IMG/VR virus record: IMGVR_UViG_3300050821_009835 | Coordinates: 186,001 to 250,000 of that record | Length of the DNA: 64,000 bases | Reading direction: 5' to 3' (one strand) | Part shown: positions 46,502-53,306 of the stretch, one piece after another | How positions within the stretch are numbered: position 1 is the first letter of the stretch | Layout of the letters: each line of letters opens with the position of its first letter | Notes under the pieces: model-generated | Told to the model about the DNA's origin: nothing | The model's input: only the letters and a program-made list of their open reading frames with translations | The model's database searches: none | Made by a program: the position numbers and the translations under genes

Positions 46502-47600
46502 TGCGGATTCGCTTTCGATCGTCAAGGTTTGGAACTTCACGTGCGTCGTCCGCACGGAAGATTGGCTCGGGACCACTAAGGCGGTGTACATCACGCCTGA
46601 TTCCGTGCTACCGAACCTCCCCGAGTATCGATGGCTTAAAGACACCCCCAACCTCCGAAAAGACCGTGAAATCCTAGCCAAGAAACTTGCTGCTGAACCG
46701 GAAAGCGATCTTGCTCGTATTGCATACAACGAGGGGATTGCTGCACTAGAAGCCCGAATTGACGGCAATACTAAGTACCTTCGAATCGCGGCTAAGAGGC
46801 TGCGTGGCGTGTGGTCTATGGGTATGCTTCTACCCTGCCCAGAAGGCAAAGAAATTGGGGATGACTGTGCGGAGCTGCTCGGCATCACGCACTACGAACC
46901 ACCCCCGGAGCCGCTGTTCAATGCCTCGGGACGTCATCAGGGCGCGGATGTAGGCCCACCACCACCCGTACCCCTAGCTCCTAAGTATGACATCGAGTCT
47001 GCTTACCGTTACGCCTCGGAGGTCTTTGAGCCGGGTGAGATGGTCTATGTCACGGAGAAATTGGATGGTCAGAATGCTCGTTTCACTATGGCTGATGATC
47101 CGTTTCATGGGGAAATTCTTCAGCAGGCTAAGATGTATGCGGGTTCTCGTACGGAATGGAAGCTTGAAGAAGGCGAGAGCAATTGGTGGCAAGTTCAAAA
47201 ACAGAACCCTTGGATCCCAGAATGGTGCGACTCAAATCGTAACAAACTCCTCTATGGTGAAAATTTTGGATGGGTTCAGAAGATGCGCTATGGCGCGACA
47301 GTACCAGGCACTCTATGGTTTCGCGCTTTCGATATTCTGGATGTTACTCGTTGGTTGGACGCTGAAGAATTCATTGCTGCTCTACCAGAAGATCGCCGTG
47401 TGCCCATGCTTGGCATTATGCCCTATAATTTTGAGCAGCTCGTCAAATTAGCTGACGGAAAATCTTTGATTCCTGGTGCTAGTGATCAGATAAGGGAGGG
47501 CATTGTAATCAAGCCTCTGAAAGAACGTTATCACCAGAAATTAGGCCGCGTTGTTCTTAAGATTGTTTCCAATGTGTATTTAGCTGAGTCAGCAAGATAA
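46437..47600 (+). CDS. RNA ligase, Rnl2/DRB0094-like
   Basis: N-terminal HPDADSLSIVKV...LRGVWSMG (tRNA-binding OB-like). YVTEKLDGQN, LYGEN, FDI, REGIVIK and LKIVS ligase motifs. Confidence 0.85.
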   Translation: MKMALSTHKSEVVPFVMEKHPDADSLSIVKVWNFTCVVRTEDWLGTTKAVYITPDSVLPNLPEYRWLKDTPNLRKDREILAKKLAAEPESDLARIAYNEGIAALEARIDGNTKYLRIAAKRLRGVWSMGMLLPCPEGKEIGDDCAELLGITHYEPPPEPLFNASGRHQGADVGPPPPVPLAPKYDIESAYRYASEVFEPGEMVYVTEKLDGQNARFTMADDPFHGEILQQAKMYAGSRTEWKLEEGESNWWQVQKQNPWIPEWCDSNRNKLLYGENFGWVQKMRYGATVPGTLWFRAFDILDVTRWLDAEEFIAALPEDRRVPMLGIMPYNFEQLVKLADGKSLIPGASDQIREGIVIKPLKERYHQKLGRVVLKIVSNVYLAESAR

Positions 47601-47669
47601 AGCGGTATTTGAACGAAGAGGAGAAGAAATCAATGAGTGCGCCCTAAAACTCAAACTTGAGGGCTAGAG

Positions 47670-47834
47670 ATGAACAAAGTAGAACAACTGCGGGAGATCA
47701 TCAAACGGATGCACAAGCGTCCCGGGATGAATACGGGGGCATATTGGCGCGGTGAGTGCGCTGACGGCTGTCATGCTTGTGAAGCCCTCGCCGTATTGGA
47801 AGAACTTTATCCGGTTGTTGTGACTCGAAAATAA
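47670..47834 (+). CDS. Small hypothetical protein (54 aa)
   Basis: GAGGG RBS; ECADGCHAC. Confidence 0.45.
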   Translation: MNKVEQLREIIKRMHKRPGMNTGAYWRGECADGCHACEALAVLEELYPVVVTRK

Positions 47835-47843
47835 GGAGCGTGT

Positions 47844-48074
47844 ATGGTTGATTTTATCGTTCAAGCATTGGCAGCCGTGTTACTGTTTTTCGGCCTCTGG
47901 TCAATGGGGAACAACCAGTTGCGTGGACCGTTTGTAACCATGGTTGCTGAAATCTTCACAACTGCTGTTGGGATTATGCATCATACTTGGAGTATCATCC
48001 TCATTGGAACTGTATTGGCTTTTGTGCAAGGGCGGAATTTCCTTAAGTGGCGTAAAGAAGGAATAGCCTGGTAA
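47844..48074 (+). CDS. Small 3-TM membrane protein, possibly PnuC/SemiSWEET-like half
   Basis: AAGGAG RBS; three hydrophobic helices ending NFLKW. Confidence 0.45.
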   Translation: MVDFIVQALAAVLLFFGLWSMGNNQLRGPFVTMVAEIFTTAVGIMHHTWSIILIGTVLAFVQGRNFLKWRKEGIAW

Positions 48075-48090
48075 GTCTAGGAGAATAAAC

Positions 48091-49455
48091 ATGCTGTTTG
48101 GTAAAGGTCAGTGGGCTATTCTTGGCCTTAAAGTAGATTCCTTCCCGAAATTCCAAGCTACTCTGGCTGATCCATTGAAGACGCTGCTTGTTTCTCAATT
48201 GGTGGCAAGCATCCGTACACGCTTCAAAAATTGCTCTACAGTTGGCATCAATCCGTTTGATAAACCGCGCATGGATGAGGTTTTGGCGGAATCCCCTAAT
48301 TCTGTATCTTTGGTAGACCCCGGCGTAGAGGATATTCAGCACTATCTAGAACTTCGTGAAACCATGGGGCCGGATTACTCTGCTACGTTTGATCCTCTTT
48401 GCTACGCTAAGGCATATGGAGCGGTGGAGCCGGATTTCGTTTTGGACGCCAACCTGTTCAATACTTACGGTTTCTGGGTTGTCTTCAACGATTATGAGGA
48501 TGTAAGCGATGTTGCCAGCAAAAAGGAACAACTGGCATACGAAACCCTGGGCCGTCCGTATAAATTTGCTGTTAAGGATGACAAATCTCGCATTGACTTA
48601 ACTGCAAATGGATTCTCCATTCATGCTCGGAAGCAATTTCCAGTCATTGTAGATTATCAGACTGGGCGAGTCTTTATTGCTTCTTCAAACACAGAAGAGA
48701 TATTGACCGTGCGTCAAATGTTGGAGAATATGGGCGCGGTTGTGAATAGCGTGTACTGGTCTTTTGGTAAACCAGATTGGACTAGAGATTTCTTGACTAA
48801 GATCTCGGAAACAACAAAGTTTGAGGCGGAATTTCAAAAACGTACAGAAGAACGTACAAGATTTACAAAAGAACAAGTTGAGAAACTGGAAGACAAAATG
48901 ATGGAGAGAATTGTTTCCACCTTCTTCTCCTTAGCAGAACTCCCTACAGGACAATGGGCCGGACTGAAAGCTCCCACCCGTCTTAAGATGATGAAGACTG
49001 CTGAACCTGTATCCTGTGCTGATCCTACCGCAGCGTTCTACATCCGTTACATGGCTAATGAATTTGAAGTTGTCTCTGCTGGCGTGGTTTTCCAAGAGTT
49101 GACTAGTCGACTCATGAAGGATAAGGAGATTCCAGTTCGGCATGACCTTTTTACTCTGACGATCGATGACAACATCAATAATTTTGATGCCGGGGCTGCG
49201 ATGTTGAAGGGGTTTGACCTGCCTAAATATAAGAACGAAATGAAGCAATTCTTAAAGCAGAAGGGGCAAGCTGCAATCAAAGATTACTGGTACAACTGGT
49301 GCTCTGGTATGCGAGGAGCTATTGCATACTTCGTTGACAATGTAGCAGAAACGCTCGATCTTAAGGCTTCGTCCAACATAAAGCCGGATGAGTATGGTTT
49401 GCTCGCAGCCAAATATGATGCAGCAGAAGTTAGCGACATCGCTGCGAATCTTTAA
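48091..49455 (+). CDS. Hypothetical protein
   Basis: 454 aa with AGGAG RBS; no motif recognised. Confidence 0.6.
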   Translation: MLFGKGQWAILGLKVDSFPKFQATLADPLKTLLVSQLVASIRTRFKNCSTVGINPFDKPRMDEVLAESPNSVSLVDPGVEDIQHYLELRETMGPDYSATFDPLCYAKAYGAVEPDFVLDANLFNTYGFWVVFNDYEDVSDVASKKEQLAYETLGRPYKFAVKDDKSRIDLTANGFSIHARKQFPVIVDYQTGRVFIASSNTEEILTVRQMLENMGAVVNSVYWSFGKPDWTRDFLTKISETTKFEAEFQKRTEERTRFTKEQVEKLEDKMMERIVSTFFSLAELPTGQWAGLKAPTRLKMMKTAEPVSCADPTAAFYIRYMANEFEVVSAGVVFQELTSRLMKDKEIPVRHDLFTLTIDDNINNFDAGAAMLKGFDLPKYKNEMKQFLKQKGQAAIKDYWYNWCSGMRGAIAYFVDNVAETLDLKASSNIKPDEYGLLAAKYDAAEVSDIAANL

Positions 49456-49463
49456 GGATATGT

Positions 49464-49988
49464 ATGTCAGAAAATAAACTATGGGAAGGCACACGTGGAG
49501 AAGGGTGCCATGGGTTTCCAAGACCGCACGCAGCACCCCCGGATTCCTTTGATCTGGATAAAAAATTTCCTCGAGTCATGATCGCCGCCATTGTTACTCG
49601 TGGTTCTGAAATCTTATTGGGACGTAGTAAGGAGGCTAAATGGGTTATCCCCGGCGGAGAAGTCAAGCCATTTGAATCACTCCCCAACACGATTACACGA
49701 ATCTTAAGAGAAGAAGCAAATGTTGATATTCGCCCCGGTTCGACACTTTTTGTTTCCGAAAATTTCAAACCAGAGATTGATCATCTGATTGCAATATATG
49801 TTGAAGCAGATTACTTGGGTGGGTACCTCAAGGCGGGCGGCAATTTCAAAGATGTTTGTTGGGTGGATGTTCGTCAACTTGGGGATATGCAGGATGCTAT
49901 GAGTCAGCTTACGATTGATGCACTGCACAAATTTAGCCTCATCTTGAAAGCGCGGGCTATTCAAAAGAAACAGAGTGTATTTCCGTGA
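49464..49988 (+). CDS. Nudix hydrolase
   Basis: WVIPGGEVKPFESLPNTITRILREEANVD (degenerate Nudix box). Confidence 0.8.
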   Translation: MSENKLWEGTRGEGCHGFPRPHAAPPDSFDLDKKFPRVMIAAIVTRGSEILLGRSKEAKWVIPGGEVKPFESLPNTITRILREEANVDIRPGSTLFVSENFKPEIDHLIAIYVEADYLGGYLKAGGNFKDVCWVDVRQLGDMQDAMSQLTIDALHKFSLILKARAIQKKQSVFP

Positions 49989-50118
49989 GTGGGCTGTTGG
50001 ATTTACTGATGGCCTTTCAGATGTTGCTCAGGGAAGCCTGGCATTTTATTCGGGATGTATTTTTGGTTATCGCTGGGTTAGCGATAATTGCATACTGGTG
50101 GCCTCGTAAGGGAAAATA

Positions 50119-50456
50119 ATGCAAACGACAAAGAAACTGCAATTGACATTAGAAATAGCGGGGAAATCTCGGAAACAGAGAAATTGAGTAGTTTTATTCA
50201 GAGCGAATTGGGACGTATTTCTAAACTCCCTGGTGTTGTTACTTATGAAATCACAATAGATCATTCGTTGGGTGAACCAATACCGGGTGACCCAACGTTT
50301 GGAATGACAGAAGGTCCTGTTGATAGCTGCCTTCCTAAACTGAGTTGGTGGAAGAGAATCGCTAATATAACCGATTTCTACCACTACGTAGTATTATACA
50401 GAAGCAGTACTTTCCGTGGGAACCACGGTTTAGCCGTCTGTCTTGGGTTGAAGTAA
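50119..50456 (+). pseudogene. ORF with an apparent -1 shift in a G4 run (frameshifted gene or sequence error)
   Basis: The ATG 50119 frame (AAGGG RBS) stops at 50187. A -1 shift at GCGGGGAAA joins it to the long frame ending 50456. Confidence 0.4.
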
Positions 50457-50640
50457 GACCTGATTGGGGGCGGAATCCATGAAATGGAAGTTCACAGATA
50501 TGAATTACCAACGCCAAACACGAATTACCACAACGACCACGCAAGTGGGCGTCTCTGGTTCGTGTGTAACCGTTGGCAAGTAAGACCAAGGTTAGATCGA
50601 TCCGAAGACGCTCTCCAGTGATGGAGGGCATTTTTGTTTT
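50400..50640 (+). ncRNA. Unassigned ~240-nt structured RNA candidate upstream of the tRNA cluster
   Basis: Hairpins CCGTGG/CCACGG, GTCTT/AAGAC, CCAC-GCAA-GTGG, CCAACG/CGTTGG and ACACGAA/TTCGTGT. Ends in GCTCTCCA-GTGA-TGGAGGGC plus a T-run; AGTATT upstream. Confidence 0.5.
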
Positions 50641-50652
50641 ATGGAGGAATCT

Positions 50653-50775
50653 ATGGAAACAAATTGGCATGAATGGACGAGTTGTGAATTTTACGGTCAT
50701 GTTTTCCAGACCGATGAAGAAACTGGCCGCACTCATTGCACAGACTGCGGTGAAAAAACCGAAGACCACGAGTAG
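50653..50775 (+). CDS. Small zinc-ribbon protein (40 aa)
   Basis: GGAGG RBS; C..GH...CTDC; its stop overlaps the 5' end of tRNA-Ile. Confidence 0.45.
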   Translation: METNWHEWTSCEFYGHVFQTDEETGRTHCTDCGEKTEDHE

Positions 50776-50842
50776 CTCAGTTGGTAGCAGCAATTGGCCG
50801 ATAACCGATAGGTCGCAGGTTCGATCCCTGCCTCGTGGACCA
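50766..50842 (+). tRNA. tRNA-Ile(GAT)
   Basis: Acceptor CCACGAG/CTCGTGG, anticodon loop CC-GAT-AA, TTCGAT T-loop, encoded CCA. Confidence 0.9.
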
Positions 50843-50929
50843 AAATTTTAATGGAGGCCAAATATGGCTGAAGAAAAGGAACAGCACGAGGAGTATCCGA
50901 TGAACGGGCCTTGTTGCTAGAGGAATTTT

Positions 50930-51011
50930 GCTAGGATGGCTCAGCGGCGACAGCAGCAGTTTCGTACACTGCCATACAAACACAGGGGTTCGAGTCCCCT
51001 TCCTAGCTCCA
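50930..51011 (+). tRNA. tRNA-Thr(CGT) with 11-nt variable region
   Basis: Acceptor GCTAGGA/TCCTAGC, stem GCAGT/ACTGC, loop TT-CGT-AC, TTCGAGT, encoded CCA. Confidence 0.85.
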
Positions 51012-51016
51012 AGTTT

Positions 51017-51089
51017 GCAGATGTAACACAATTGGCAGTGTACTTCCTTGGTAAGGAAGAGGTTGTGGGTTCGACTCCCATCGTCTGCT
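51017..51089 (+). tRNA. tRNA-Thr(GGT), CCA not encoded
   Basis: Acceptor GCAGATG/CGTCTGC, stem CTTCC/GGAAG, loop TT-GGT-AA, TTCGACT. Confidence 0.9.
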
Positions 51090-51311
51090 CTTTCGTGACT
51101 TTCTTTAAGAAAGGTTCATGACGAATTATGAATAACGGGTGCCCATGTAGCAGCTGTCATCCATACGGTGCAGCTTATTGTTGGTGTTTTCTCCACAGAC
51201 TAGAGCACCCGTTAGTAGAGAAGATTATCAATGCGGAGAGCTGGCGTGAAACCAGCCAATTGATGAATGAACTTTACACGACGTATTTGAGTCGTTTAGG
51301 AAGATAAGTTT

Positions 51312-51397
51312 GCTGGTATCGCATAGTGGCCGATTGCAGCAGTTTTGTAAACTGCCGGAGAAATCCCACGGGGGTCCAAATCCCTCTGCCAGCTCCA
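51312..51397 (+). tRNA. tRNA-Thr(TGT) with long variable arm
   Basis: Acceptor GCTGGTA/TGCCAGC, loop TT-TGT-AA, V-arm GGA-GAAA-TCC, T-loop TCCAAAT, encoded CCA. Confidence 0.85.
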
Positions 51398-51404
51398 AAA
51401 TTTT

Positions 51405-51491
51405 AGGGCGGTCGGGTAATGGCATCCCACCTGACTTTGAATCAGACGAGCCTTCGGCTCATTGTAGGTTCGAATCCTACCCGCCCTGCCA
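51405..51491 (+). tRNA. tRNA-Gln(TTG) with long variable arm
   Basis: Acceptor AGGGCGG/CCGCCCT, G73, loop CT-TTG-AA, V-arm GAGC-CTTCG-GCTC, TTCGAAT, encoded CCA. Confidence 0.88.
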
Positions 51492-51649
51492 ACTCCAATA
51501 ACTACGGCAAGATAGGGCGACCAGATTTGTAGCTGTTAGTGTTAGTGCATAATACCCGAAATTCCCACCTCATCCGTAGCTTAACTCCAAGGACGTGTGT
51601 TCTGTAGTATCTGAATAACAGTCCTAATTCGAAGTTCAGGAGAGAAGAC

Positions 51650-52462
51650 ATGAAGTTATTTCGTTCAGTAGTACTCGCAACAATTCTGTTGGCGGCTGCA
51701 TTTGTTTTGGCTCAAAAACAGACTGGAAATCAAACTCAGAACGGCAAGCAGAACTGCACAGGTATTGGCCAGTGTCAGGGTCAACAACAGAATCAAGGGC
51801 AGCAGCAGGGTCAGAATCAGACAGGCACTAACACTCAGTCTGGAGTGAACACGGGTACCAATACTCAATCAGGCACCAATACTCAATCAGGCACTAACAC
51901 TCAGTCCGGTAAGATCACCAGCAACAATTCCAACACTTCTGCTGGCGGTGCAGCTACTGCTCAGAACAGTCAGACGAGTAACAGCGTCTACAATGATTCT
52001 CGTCAGACGCCGCCTACTTTCGTTACTCCTCCCTTCCCCACCGATCATTGTCAAGCAACGGGTGGCGGTGGCGGGGCAGGAGGCGCATTCAGCTTTGGCA
52101 TCTCCGGCAGTCACACCAACAAGGAATGTCAGCAAGTTTCAACCGCACAAGCCTTTGCTGCTCTTGGAAATCCTACTGCGGCGGCTAAGATTCTGTGTGC
52201 CACCAAAACTGCTAAGCAGGCCAACCTCACCTTTGAGGATTGCCTAAAGATTGCTCAGCCACAAGAACAGGTGGCACCAACCCCAGCGCCTGTAGCTGAG
52301 CCTGTAGCCCCAGCACCGATCGTCGTACCTGCTCCGCAGGTTACGATTAACATCCCTCCGCAAGTAGTGACTGCGCTTATTCCACCGTTGACAGAAACTC
52401 CTACGGTGGTAATAAAACACAAAAAGAAATCCAGGCCTTGTGTTCAATCTTCTGAAAAATAA
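51650..52462 (+). CDS. Secreted low-complexity protein with TNTQSG repeats and a Cys-containing C-terminal domain
   Basis: Signal peptide MKLFRSVVLATILLAAAFVLA; Q/N/T/G-rich tract; AGGAG RBS. Confidence 0.75.
   Translation: MKLFRSVVLATILLAAAFVLAQKQTGNQTQNGKQNCTGIGQCQGQQQNQGQQQGQNQTGTNTQSGVNTGTNTQSGTNTQSGTNTQSGKITSNNSNTSAGGAATAQNSQTSNSVYNDSRQTPPTFVTPPFPTDHCQATGGGGGAGGAFSFGISGSHTNKECQQVSTAQAFAALGNPTAAAKILCATKTAKQANLTFEDCLKIAQPQEQVAPTPAPVAEPVAPAPIVVPAPQVTINIPPQVVTALIPPLTETPTVVIKHKKKSRPCVQSSEK
51826..51909 (+). repeat. Imperfect 18-bp in-frame tandem repeat (TNTQSG)
   Basis: ACCAATACTCAATCAGGC-type units within the CDS. Confidence 0.7.
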
Positions 52463-52483
52463 TTGGGAGTAAAGCGAAGAGGT

Positions 52484-52516
52484 AAACGGGTCTCCAGTTA
52501 ATTGGAGACCCGTTTT
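52484..52516 (+). terminator. Intrinsic terminator
   Basis: 13-bp perfect stem AAACGGGTCTCCA/TGGAGACCCGTTT. Confidence 0.8.
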
Positions 52517-53306
52517 GCCAGTATTAGATTCTATGATTCAAAAAGCTACAGCCAAAGGTATGCGCCCGTATCAAGAAGATACTTCATTCATTTGTACTCA
52601 TCCTCACGGCGATCTTTTCGGTGTGTTTGACGGTCATGGTGGTCTAAATTGTTCTACATATCTTAGTGAACATTTTCCAGAAGCGTTCATTACACATTAC
52701 GAAGAAGTCTATGGTGATGCATACGAGGATTCTGTCGATGAGAAAGAAGTTTCTTTTTACAAATTTCTATCAAAAGCTGCTATGCGCAAAGCGTTTTATC
52801 AAATGGCAGATGAAACCAAACAGATGAGAAATGGTTCAACGGCCTCTGTGATTTGGGTGTTTCGTAAATTAAATTTTGCTGTTTGTGCGGTAATTGGCGA
52901 TTCTCCTATTATTGTTGGGACTGGTAAAAGGAGCTATCACTTAGGGCCGGATCACAATGCACGTTCCAACACAAAAGAGCGGGAAGCGGCTGAGAAACGT
53001 GGGGCATTTTGGGACGGTTATTATCTGTGCCATAGTTGGCATGGGGGCGGACTTCAAATGAGCCGCGCTTTGGGGGATTGTTCTCTACCGTTTCTTAGTC
53101 GTGTACCTCAAATCTATACTCAAAAGGTGCACGATTTTGTGTTAGTTGGAACGGATGGTATTCTAGACCCAGGGCATAAGAGTCATGATATGGTGCCGGG
53201 TATGGTAAAGGCAGTTCGTGAAGGAGCTACTGCGAATCAAATCGTCGCGACAGCACTCGCAGTTCCCACCGGGGACAACGCCACTTGTCTGATTTGGAGA
53301 CCATAA
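52515..53306 (+). CDS. PP2C/PPM-family Ser/Thr phosphatase (likely start ATG 52533 or 52560)
   Basis: RPYQED, FGVFDGHGG, GSTA, GDS, SRALGD, GTDGI and DNAT motifs. Confidence 0.9.
   Translation: MPVLDSMIQKATAKGMRPYQEDTSFICTHPHGDLFGVFDGHGGLNCSTYLSEHFPEAFITHYEEVYGDAYEDSVDEKEVSFYKFLSKAAMRKAFYQMADETKQMRNGSTASVIWVFRKLNFAVCAVIGDSPIIVGTGKRSYHLGPDHNARSNTKEREAAEKRGAFWDGYYLCHSWHGGGLQMSRALGDCSLPFLSRVPQIYTQKVHDFVLVGTDGILDPGHKSHDMVPGMVKAVREGATANQIVATALAVPTGDNATCLIWRP

Noticed and set aside
50120-50160. tmRNA tag-like GCAAACGAC (A-N-D)
   Set aside because: The frame does not end in a short Ala-rich tag, no tRNA-like ends flank it, and it lies within a protein-coding region.
50463-50480. tmRNA 5' end GGGGGCGGAA
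   Set aside because: No GATTCGAC follows, and there is no matching T-arm/CCA 3' end.
51233-51300. Hairpin GCTGG-CGTGAAA-CCAGC as another tRNA
   Set aside because: No acceptor stem, T-loop or CCA; a single hairpin is not enough support.
50956-51355. Reading the long-arm Thr tRNAs as tRNA-Tyr(GTA)
   Set aside because: The 5-bp GCAGT/ACTGC stems fix 7-nt loops with CGT and TGT centred. A GTA register breaks the stem.
51826-51909. CRISPR-like array
   Set aside because: In-frame 18-bp coding repeats without unique spacers. No CRISPR array or cas gene was seen anywhere in the window.
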